Below are positions 56,301 to 64,000 of a stretch of DNA of 64,000 nucleotides, one piece after another. Origin of the DNA: Candidatus Pampinifervens sinense (GTDB lineage: Bacteria; Aquificota; Aquificia; Aquificales; Aquificaceae); assembly GCA_037927135.1 (NCBI GenBank), contig JAXSPP010000006.1:32001-96000 (forward strand), in the 5' to 3' direction. The stretch's first letter is position 1, and every line of letters starts with the position of its first letter. Below the pieces are notes generated by a model that did no database searches, was not told where the DNA came from, and saw nothing but the letters and a program-made list of their open reading frames with translations. The position numbers and the translations under genes were made by a program.

Positions 56301-56772
56301 GCCATGATGGAAGCAACTTTGAAGCTTTATGAGCTTTTGCAGGAGAGCTTGGGAAAGGAAAGGGCAAAGGAATTCACGCAAGCTTTGGAGGAGGTTGTAA
56401 GAGAGATTACAGAAAGCAAAAAACAGACCTTTAAGCAGGAACTATCCGAGGAATTGGCCACCAAGCAGGATATAAAGATGCTTGAGATGGAGGTAAAGAA
56501 AGTGGAGGAAAAGCTTGAAGCGGAGATAAGGAGAGTGGAGGCTGAAGTTAAAAGGGTGGAGGACACTTTAAGAGCGGAAATGAAAAGATTGGAGGCCTAT
56601 ATGAAGATAATGATAATTTTACTACTTATTGCCATAGCTTTATATAGTCCTGTTTTTGCGGAGCTTATAGGAAAGTTTTTAAAGCCATGATGGAAGCAAC
56701 TTTGAAGCTTTATGAGCTTTTGCAGGAGAGCTTGGGAAAGGAAAGGGCAAAGGAATTCACGCAAGCTTTGGA
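56301..56772 (+). repeat. 89-bp identical direct repeat at the starts of the tandem genes
   Basis: 56301-56389 identical to 56684-56772. Confidence 0.9.
56304..56690 (+). CDS. DUF1640/CCDC90-like coiled-coil protein, copy 1
   Basis: LATKQD, EAEIRRV heptads, C-terminal TM. Confidence 0.78.
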   Translation: MMEATLKLYELLQESLGKERAKEFTQALEEVVREITESKKQTFKQELSEELATKQDIKMLEMEVKKVEEKLEAEIRRVEAEVKRVEDTLRAEMKRLEAYMKIMIILLLIAIALYSPVFAELIGKFLKP

Positions 56773-57043
56773 AGAGGTGATCCGAGAAGTGGCGGATGTA
56801 AAAGGACAAGAACTAAAAAAGGAAATCTCCTCCGACCTTGCTACAAAGCAGGACATAAAAGTGCTTGAGGCGGAGATAAAGAGAGTAGAAGCGGAGATAA
56901 GAAGAGTGGAAGACACCTTAAGGGCAGAGATAAGAAGACTGGAGGCCTATATGAAGATAATGATAATTTTACTTCTTGTTGCTATAGCCTTATATAGTCC
57001 TGTCTTTGCAGAACTCGTAGGAAGATTTTTAAAAAGCCCTTGA
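56687..57043 (+). CDS. DUF1640/CCDC90-like coiled-coil protein, copy 2
   Basis: Paralog of preceding gene, ATGA-coupled. Confidence 0.78.
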   Translation: MMEATLKLYELLQESLGKERAKEFTQALEEVIREVADVKGQELKKEISSDLATKQDIKVLEAEIKRVEAEIRRVEDTLRAEIRRLEAYMKIMIILLLVAIALYSPVFAELVGRFLKSP

Positions 57044-57099
57044 CAAATTCAATAAGGAAATTAGAATATTCTTATAACCTTATATTTTGGAGGTAAGCC

Positions 57100-57306
57100 A
57101 TGACTATGGACAGGGCCCTTAGACTGACCTCTGGTCTGATGCTTTTGATAGTCTTCCTTATAGCCATACGTCCTGCGGACATCCACTGGTTTTGGAAGCT
57201 CTTTATAGTTTTTATGTCCTTAAATCAAATACAGTCCGCCTTTACTGGATGGTGCCCGGTAGTTAGCCTTTACAGGAGGCTGGGCATAAAGGAATGTACC
57301 TGTTAA
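57100..57306 (+). CDS. YgaP/DUF2892 family membrane protein
   Basis: DRALRL..G, QSAFTGWCP. Confidence 0.85.
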   Translation: MTMDRALRLTSGLMLLIVFLIAIRPADIHWFWKLFIVFMSLNQIQSAFTGWCPVVSLYRRLGIKECTC

Positions 57307-57590
57307 TCCGTCTCTAGCTCTATCTCACAGCCCTCCTTTTCTATAACAAGCTGGCAAGTGAGCCTTCTGTTCTCTTCATACTCCCCTATGCGCCAGAGGG
57401 TCTCTTCTTCTTGTTCAGAAGGCTCTGCCAAGCATTCAAGCCCCTTTACCACAGTGCATACACAGACACCACACTGGCCATCAGTACAACCAAACTCAAC
57501 CCCAGCCTTTTCTATCTCATGATGGTATTCGCCAAACCTTACACCCGCTGGAATTTCCAACACCTTTCCATTTACCTTCACCTTAGCCAT
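57303..57590 (-). CDS. [2Fe-2S] ferredoxin
   Basis: GCTDGQCGVC...RLTCQ. Confidence 0.9.
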   Translation of the reverse strand: MAKVKVNGKVLEIPAGVRFGEYHHEIEKAGVEFGCTDGQCGVCVCTVVKGLECLAEPSEQEEETLWRIGEYEENRRLTCQLVIEKEGCEIELETD

Positions 57591-57619
57591 TGCAATATTT
57601 ATTTTAATCTTGAAAGGCC

Positions 57620-58183
57620 TTAAAGTTCTTGATTTATCTCAATGATTTTACAAAAGCCTCCAAAGACCCTCCCCACGGGCTTTAAGGACCACACATTTAG
57701 GCTTTCTGCGCCGGCCAAAAGGACCCTGCCAAAGATAAGGTCATAGCCAAAGAGTTCTTCGTGTTTTAAAAGCCTGCATTCAAGCCATGCTTTAGCCCTT
57801 GCCACCCTTGGCACCCTTACCTTATAGCTTTCTGCCGGCTCAAGGCCAGTCCTTTCAAACTCGCTTACCTCTGGTGGAAAGTCTTCCGAGCTTATCTCCA
57901 CTTCTCTTATTAGCTCTTCTGAGACAAGATTTATCACAAACTCGCCTGTGCTAAGGATGTTCCTCGCTGTGTCCTTCCTGCTACCGTCTTCCCTTTTGCT
58001 TATGGATATAAGGATAATTGGTGGCTCATCGCATACCGCATTGTAAAAGCTAAAGGGTGCAAGGTTCAAAAGGCCTTCAGGGCTCATAGAAGACACCCAT
58101 GCTATGGGCCTTGGCACAACAAGGCTTGTAAGCACCTCATAAGGGTCAAAGCCCTCAGGCCTTTCCATATCAAAGATCATCAA
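57620..58183 (-). CDS. Flavin reductase-like (flavoredoxin) protein
   Basis: VVPRPIAWVS, NLAPFS, KDTARN. Confidence 0.88.
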   Translation of the reverse strand: MMIFDMERPEGFDPYEVLTSLVVPRPIAWVSSMSPEGLLNLAPFSFYNAVCDEPPIILISISKREDGSRKDTARNILSTGEFVINLVSEELIREVEISSEDFPPEVSEFERTGLEPAESYKVRVPRVARAKAWLECRLLKHEELFGYDLIFGRVLLAGAESLNVWSLKPVGRVFGGFCKIIEINQEL

Positions 58184-58207
58184 AGATAGTATAAAATAAA
58201 CACACCC

Positions 58208-58783
58208 ATGAGGCTACTATCCCTTGACACATCCTTTTCTTTCATAAACCTCACCCTTATAGAGGATGGTAGGGTTGTCTTGCACCACTATGTGGATGAT
58301 GGAAAAAAGACCTTGGAACATCTGCCATCTTTGCTGAAAGGTCTTGGCATTGACCCAGAGCATATGGATGCTTTTGCTGTCTCTTTGGGGGTGGGCTATT
58401 TGACCTCCTTGAGGATAGGCATAACCTTTATGAAGACCTTGGCATACCTTACCAAAAAGCCCATAGTGGGCTATGAAAACCTCTATATGATGTGCCACTT
58501 TCTAAAAAGGGAAGGGGAGTTTTGTGTAGCGCTCAAAGTGAGCAACCAGATATTTTGTAGAAGATGCAAAGATGGGAAGATAGGGGAGATAGAGGTTTTA
58601 AAAGGCTTGCCGGAAGGCATAAAGGTGGTAGGGCTAAGCGGACAAGGTCTGGGAGATATCTCTCTTGAATTCTTTCCCTTTTCCCTCTATGGTGGCCTTT
58701 GGGCATACAAAAGGCTAATGGAAGGCTATGGTGGTGATGATCCCATGCTTTTAGAACCCATATATCTGAGGCCTCCTGTTTGA
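58208..58783 (+). CDS. tsaB: t6A biosynthesis protein TsaB
   Basis: LSLDTS, G.G..TSLRIG, EPIYLR. Confidence 0.88.
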   Translation: MRLLSLDTSFSFINLTLIEDGRVVLHHYVDDGKKTLEHLPSLLKGLGIDPEHMDAFAVSLGVGYLTSLRIGITFMKTLAYLTKKPIVGYENLYMMCHFLKREGEFCVALKVSNQIFCRRCKDGKIGEIEVLKGLPEGIKVVGLSGQGLGDISLEFFPFSLYGGLWAYKRLMEGYGGDDPMLLEPIYLRPPV

Positions 58784-59887
58784 AAGCCTGTATATGATAA
58801 GGCCCAAAATGGGAAAGACAAGCATGAGAAGGGCAGAAAGCCTGTAGTTTCCGCCTGTAAGATAAAGTAATAGGGACCAACTAAATAGGCCCAAGCTTGA
58901 GGCTATGCGCTCACTAAGAGAATAGAAGGAAAATCTTATGGCTATGTCTCCCTTTGTGAATCTTTCAATAAGGAGCACTCTTGATGTGGTCCAAAGGTGG
59001 GAGAGGGAAAGGCCTGCGAAGAAGCCAAGGAAGAGCACCATAGACCTTGGCGTGAAGAAAAGGAGTATTAAAAAGGCACTCCAAAGAAAAAAGCCCAAAG
59101 GGAAAAGCCTGCTGGCCGAAATTCTATCTGTTAGCCTTCCCCACAGAAGGCCTCCAAACACACCGCCAAGGGCCGAAAGGCCTATGGTCCTGTATATCTC
59201 CCCCTCCTTTAGCCCATAGACCTCCCTCAAATAGACCCCCATCATGGCTATCATGGTGTTGGCAAGCTCCATAAGCAAAAGCACAGATACCATGGTTAAA
59301 AGAAAGTTTTTGTCCTTTAGAACCTCCCTTATGCTTATGCTTTGTCTTTCTTTTGGCTCTGTGAGGTAAATTAGAGAAGGAAGGGACAAAAGGAAAAAGA
59401 TAAGGGCTATAAAGATAAAGGCTGTAGGAAGGCTAAGCCTTGGTGCAAAAAGTATTAAAACCACCGCAGATCCAACATAGCCCAAGGCCACACCAAGGCC
59501 AGAGGCCGTCCCTTTTGTCTCAAAGATCTTTAGCAAGGAGTTATAAAAGAGCATGGCCTGCTGGTGGATGATGGCCAAAAGAAGGTAGAGGAAGAAGTTC
59601 AATTCTACACTGTGAAAGGAAAGGTAAAGGGCAAAGCAAACAAGTGGTATGAGAAGGCTAAAGAGGCTAAAGAATTTCTTCCTTAAGCCTCTTTGGTCTG
59701 CCAGCTTGCTTAGCCTTAGGGCAATAAAGAAGGAAAGTAAAAAGGCAATCCCATAGAGGGTTGAATAGGTTTTTACGTCTATGTGCTGGGTAATATAGAG
59801 GGGGTAAAGGGTGGAGAAGAGGAGGGCTCCAAGCACCGTCTCTCCAGAGTCATAGAGGGCAAAGGAGAAAAGCCTTATTGCCCTTAT
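58751..59887 (-). CDS. MFS transporter (UMF1/Atg22-like); start probably ATA at 59887
   Basis: About 12 TM helices; FALYD motif lies upstream of the ORF-track GTG. Confidence 0.8.
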   Translation of the reverse strand: MRAIRLFSFALYDSGETVLGALLFSTLYPLYITQHIDVKTYSTLYGIAFLLSFFIALRLSKLADQRGLRKKFFSLFSLLIPLVCFALYLSFHSVELNFFLYLLLAIIHQQAMLFYNSLLKIFETKGTASGLGVALGYVGSAVVLILFAPRLSLPTAFIFIALIFFLLSLPSLIYLTEPKERQSISIREVLKDKNFLLTMVSVLLLMELANTMIAMMGVYLREVYGLKEGEIYRTIGLSALGGVFGGLLWGRLTDRISASRLFPLGFFLWSAFLILLFFTPRSMVLFLGFFAGLSLSHLWTTSRVLLIERFTKGDIAIRFSFYSLSERIASSLGLFSWSLLLYLTGGNYRLSALLMLVFPILGLIIYRLSNRRPQIYGF

Positions 59888-62800
59888 TTTTGAACCTCTA
59901 TCTCACACTGGTCTGTAATGCCATAGGGGTCCCTCTTGCACTGCTCAATGGGCACCACCTTCCTAAACCTTTCCACAAAATCCTCCCAGTTTTCCAATAT
60001 ATGTTTGCCCCATGGGCTCTGTGTATAGCCCACATGCTTCTCTATTAGGGCTCTTAGCTCTTCTCTTTCCGCATCCAAAAGCTTCCTCGTAATCACATAA
60101 TCCTTGTTTATCTTAAGGTATATATCTTCATCAAGAACGTAGGCATAGCCTCCCGTCATTCCCGCTCCAAAGTTCATGCCCACAGGGCCAAGGACCACCA
60201 CTATACCACCGGTCATATACTCACAGCAGTGCATGCCAGCACCTTCTATCACCGCAATGGCTCCGCTGTTCCTTACCGCAAACCTCTCTCCAGCCTTTCC
60301 GCTTGCGTATAGCTCACCCCCTGTGGCACCATAGAGGCATGTGTTGCCCATTATCACATGGTTTTGAGTGTCCTCCACATCGTAAGGCCTTATGACTATC
60401 CTCCCACCGTACATACCCTTACCCACATAGTCGTTGGCATCGCCTATGAGGGTCAAGGACATGCCTCTGTGGTTGAAGGCTCCAAAGCTCTGGCCCGCAG
60501 TGCCCCTAAAGACAAGCTGTATGGTATCTTCAGGAAGGCCTTCATCTCTGTATTTGATGGCTATATAGTAGGCAAGCCTTGTGGGCACGCTTCTGTCTAC
60601 GTTCCTTATGGTGTACTCTCCATAAAACCTTTCTCCCCTTTCTATGTATGGAAGCACCTCCTCCTCCAGCCTCTTTGCCAGCTCACTCCTCCTTGGGTTG
60701 TCGTTCCTCTCCTGCATACACCTTAAAGGCTTGTCTTTGGGATAGCCCTCCTTTAAAAACTCTTCTAGCTTTACCCTTTTGGAACCGGGTATATGGTCAA
60801 AGGTTCTAAAGGTAAGAAGGTCCCTTCTTCCTATTATCTCATCAAGGGATCTTACTCCCATCTCCGCCAATATTTCTCTCACCTCTTGTGCCACAGCCCT
60901 AAAGTAGGCCATTACGTTTTCCACCTTTCCTTTAAACTTCTCCCTGTATTTGGGGTCTTGGGTGGCCACACCTGTGGGACATTGATTGGTGTGGCAAAGC
61001 CTTGCCATCACACACCCTTCCGCTATCATGGCCGCAGTGCCAAAGCCAAACTCCTCCGCACCAAGAAGGGCAGCTATGATCACATCCTTACCAGTCCTCA
61101 TGCCACCATCCACCCTTAGCCTTACCTTGTCCCTTAGGTTGTTTTCCATCAAGACCCTTTGAGTTTCAGAGAGGCCTATCTCCCAGTAGTTTCCTGCATT
61201 CTTTATGGAAGAGTAGGGGCTTGCACCCGTTCCGCCTTCTGCACCGCTTATCTGAATCACATCGGCATAGGCCTTTGCCACACCGGCAGCTATGGTTCCC
61301 ACACCCGTTTCTGCCACAAGCTTGACGCATACCTTAGCCTTTGGGTTGGCCTCCTTCAGATCGTTTATAAGCTGTGCCAGGTCCTCTATGGAGTATATGT
61401 CATGGTGTGGCGGTGGGGAGATAAGGGTTATGCCCGGCTGGGCATGCCTTAGCCTTGCTATATACTCGTTTACCTTTTTTCCGGGAAGTTGGCCACCCTC
61501 TCCAGGCTTTGCACCTTGGGCTATCTTTATCTCAATGTCCTGGGCGGAAGCCAAGTAGGTAGGCGTTACACCAAAGCGTCCAGAGGCCACTTGCTTTATG
61601 GCGGAGTTCTTTATGGTCCAATACCTTGCCGGGTCCTCTCCACCCTCTCCCGAGTTGCTCCTCATACCAAGCCTGTTGCAAGCCTCTGCCAATACCTCAT
61701 GGGCCTCGGGAGAGAGGGCTCCCAAGGACATACCACCCGTTACAAACCTTTTAAGGATGCTCTCTACGGGTTCTACTTCTTCTATGGGTATGGGCTTTTC
61801 TGCCCTCTTGTAGTCCAGAAGGTGCCTTATAAAGGTGGGATGCTCTTCGTTTGCCAAACGGGAAAACTCCTTATAGTCTTTGTAGTCCTTTGTTTCCAAA
61901 AACTTGTGCAAAGCCCTTACCACAAAGGGAGACCAAGCGTGGTATTGGCCCCCCTTCCTAAACTTCATATCACCACCATAGTCAAGCTGTGGGCTATCCG
62001 TTTCATAGGCCGCATCATGCCTAGCCAAAAGGCTGTTTTGGATTTCAAAGATGCCATCCGCCTCAAGGGTTGCTGGAGTTCCCGGGAAGTACTCCTCTAC
62101 AAAGTCCCTGTTTAGGCATACTGTATCAAAGATCTTGGTACCTTGATAAGAGTTGAGGGTGGATATGCCCATCTTGGACATGATCTTTAAAAGCCCATCC
62201 TCTAAAGCCTTCTTATAGTTGAGTATGGCCTTCTCATAGGGCACCTTTATCTCACCCTTTTGACAAAGCTCACCTATAAGTTCATACATTAGGTATGGGT
62301 ATATGGCCGAAGCACCATAGCCTATAAGGCATGCCATATGGTGTGTGTCTCTCGCCTCACCCGTTTCTACCACAATGGAGACCCTGTTGGCAAGGCCTCT
62401 GTCCGATAGCCACTTAAATACGGCAGAGACGGCCAAAAGGCTTGGCACAGCAAGCCTATACTTGGATATATTCCTGTCGGAAAGCACCACAATGTTTGCG
62501 CCCTCTCTTACCGCCTCCTCCACCCTTCTACAGACGATCTCCACACCAAGTTTGAGGTCGCATATGCTTATACCCTCATACATGGCGTCATAAAGGATAT
62601 CCGTTATCCTCCTTTCTCCAGCCAGGTCTTGTAGCTCTACAACGCAGTAGCTTCTCTCCTTGGGATAGGTCATGGGCACCCAGGCCACCTTAAAATACTT
62701 TTGCTCCATCAGGGCCTTAAACTGGTATGGCAACAGTATGGGGCTGTCTATCTGAAGCCTTTTGGCATGCTCCTCCTCTTCCTTTAAAAAGTTCCTCTTG

Positions 62801-64000
62801 TGTCCTAAGTTCATCTTGAGGGACATAACAGACCTTTCCCTTATGGGGTCTATGGGTGGGTTGGTAACCTGGGCAAACCTCTGCTTGAAGTATCTAAAGA
62901 GAAGCACAGGCTTTTCTGAAAGGGGTGGAATGGGTGTGTCATCACCCATGGAGAAGGTGATTTCTTTACCTTCCTCCGCCATGGGTATCAAAACATGCTT
63001 TATCTCCTCTTGAGTGTAGCCAAAGGCCACAAGCTTTCTTATCCTGTCTGGGTCCTCCTTTGGTTCTGGAAGGCTGTAGTCTTTTATTAGCTTAGATAGC
63101 CTTACAAGATGCCTTTCAAGCCACTCTCCGTAGGGCTTTTGTGATGCAAGCTCTTTTAGTATCTGCTCCGTTTCCTTTACCTCGCCCTTTGAGAGGTCCA
63201 CAACCAAGGTGTCCCCAGGCCCTAGCCTACCCTTCTTTAGGACCCTTCTCTCTCCCAAATCTACCATCCCAACCTCTGAACCAAGCACAAGTATGCCATC
63301 TTCTGTTAGCACATAGCGTGCGGGCCTAAGGCCATTCCTATCTAGATGGGCCCCTATCTTTTTACCGTCGGTGAAGGCTATGCTTGCAGGACCATCCCAA
63401 GGCTTCATAAGAAGGGACTGGTATTCAAAGAAGTCCTTTATTTCTTTGCTTAGCCAAGGCATACCCTCCCATGCGGGGGGTATTAACATGTTTATGGCAT
63501 GCTCTGGGCTATAGCCTACAAGCAAAAGGAGTTCAAAAACCCTATCAAGGGAAGCAGAATCGCTCTCATCGCTGTATACCAAAGGCCTAACAAGCTTTAT
63601 GTTGTCTCCAAAGACCTCGTGCTGGAGTTCATGCTCTAAAGCCCTCATCCAGTTTCTGTTGCCAAGCAAGGTGTTTATCTCTCCGTTGTGGGCAAGGTAT
63701 CTTAAGGGCTGGGCAAGCTTCCAGTTTGGGAAGGTGTTGGTAGAATACCTCTGGTGGAAAAGGCAAAAAGAAGACTCTATCCTCTCATCCTTTAGCTCTG
63801 GGTAAAAAACATCCAGCTGAGTTGCCACAAGCATACCCTTATAGACCAGGGTCCTAGAAGAGAGGGAAGCAAAATAAACCTTATCCTTTATTTTTTTGTC
63901 CGTCTCTATGCGCCTTCTTAAAAGGTATAGCTCCAGTTCTACCCTTTCTGGGTCGCATTTTGCCGTGTCCAAAAGAAGGTGGAATATCTTGGGCATAACC
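59884..64000 (-). CDS. gltB: Glutamate synthase large subunit (5' end outside window)
   Basis: HQRYSTNT, HNGEINT, PWDGP, AQGAKPGEGG, CVMARLCHTNQC, GXGXG domain. Confidence 0.98.
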   Translation of the reverse strand, partial: VMPKIFHLLLDTAKCDPERVELELYLLRRRIETDKKIKDKVYFASLSSRTLVYKGMLVATQLDVFYPELKDERIESSFCLFHQRYSTNTFPNWKLAQPLRYLAHNGEINTLLGNRNWMRALEHELQHEVFGDNIKLVRPLVYSDESDSASLDRVFELLLLVGYSPEHAINMLIPPAWEGMPWLSKEIKDFFEYQSLLMKPWDGPASIAFTDGKKIGAHLDRNGLRPARYVLTEDGILVLGSEVGMVDLGERRVLKKGRLGPGDTLVVDLSKGEVKETEQILKELASQKPYGEWLERHLVRLSKLIKDYSLPEPKEDPDRIRKLVAFGYTQEEIKHVLIPMAEEGKEITFSMGDDTPIPPLSEKPVLLFRYFKQRFAQVTNPPIDPIRERSVMSLKMNLGHKRNFLKEEEEHAKRLQIDSPILLPYQFKALMEQKYFKVAWVPMTYPKERSYCVVELQDLAGERRITDILYDAMYEGISICDLKLGVEIVCRRVEEAVREGANIVVLSDRNISKYRLAVPSLLAVSAVFKWLSDRGLANRVSIVVETGEARDTHHMACLIGYGASAIYPYLMYELIGELCQKGEIKVPYEKAILNYKKALEDGLLKIMSKMGISTLNSYQGTKIFDTVCLNRDFVEEYFPGTPATLEADGIFEIQNSLLARHDAAYETDSPQLDYGGDMKFRKGGQYHAWSPFVVRALHKFLETKDYKDYKEFSRLANEEHPTFIRHLLDYKRAEKPIPIEEVEPVESILKRFVTGGMSLGALSPEAHEVLAEACNRLGMRSNSGEGGEDPARYWTIKNSAIKQVASGRFGVTPTYLASAQDIEIKIAQGAKPGEGGQLPGKKVNEYIARLRHAQPGITLISPPPHHDIYSIEDLAQLINDLKEANPKAKVCVKLVAETGVGTIAAGVAKAYADVIQISGAEGGTGASPYSSIKNAGNYWEIGLSETQRVLMENNLRDKVRLRVDGGMRTGKDVIIAALLGAEEFGFGTAAMIAEGCVMARLCHTNQCPTGVATQDPKYREKFKGKVENVMAYFRAVAQEVREILAEMGVRSLDEIIGRRDLLTFRTFDHIPGSKRVKLEEFLKEGYPKDKPLRCMQERNDNPRRSELAKRLEEEVLPYIERGERFYGEYTIRNVDRSVPTRLAYYIAIKYRDEGLPEDTIQLVFRGTAGQSFGAFNHRGMSLTLIGDANDYVGKGMYGGRIVIRPYDVEDTQNHVIMGNTCLYGATGGELYASGKAGERFAVRNSGAIAVIEGAGMHCCEYMTGGIVVVLGPVGMNFGAGMTGGYAYVLDEDIYLKINKDYVITRKLLDAEREELRALIEKHVGYTQSPWGKHILENWEDFVERFRKVVPIEQCKRDPYGITDQCEIEVQK

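Overview
Bacterial chromosome segment, most likely Aquificaceae (Hydrogenobacter/Thermocrinis-like), judged from the GC-rich thermophile-type 16S/23S rRNA, a protein-only RNase P (HARP) and archaeal-type aroA'/aroB'. It is mostly dense housekeeping genes: KtrAB, rpsB-tsf-pyrH-frr, tatBC, pyrD, aroE, fabI, purL, recA, pilT, cmk, murE, gnd-zwf, tsaB, gltB. It also holds a complete rrn operon (16S-Ile-Ala-23S-5S) behind four tandem consensus promoters, a TonB/ExbBD uptake cluster and a type IV minor-pilin/PilY1 cluster. Most notable: (1) a ~315-bp element between zwf and rrn, bounded by terminal inverted repeats, carrying an internally deleted TnpB-like ORF and a structured 3' RNA; (2) an Rnl3 RNA ligase converging on HARP; (3) a structured leader with an upstream ORF before aroA'; (4) a pseudoknot-shaped rpsB leader; (5) an Fe-S/sulfur-relay operon around an uncharacterised PP-loop enzyme; (6) an orphan PD-(D/E)XK nuclease; (7) an AT-rich decayed islet with in-frame TGA codons. 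All family assignments come from motif recognition by eye; no searches were run.
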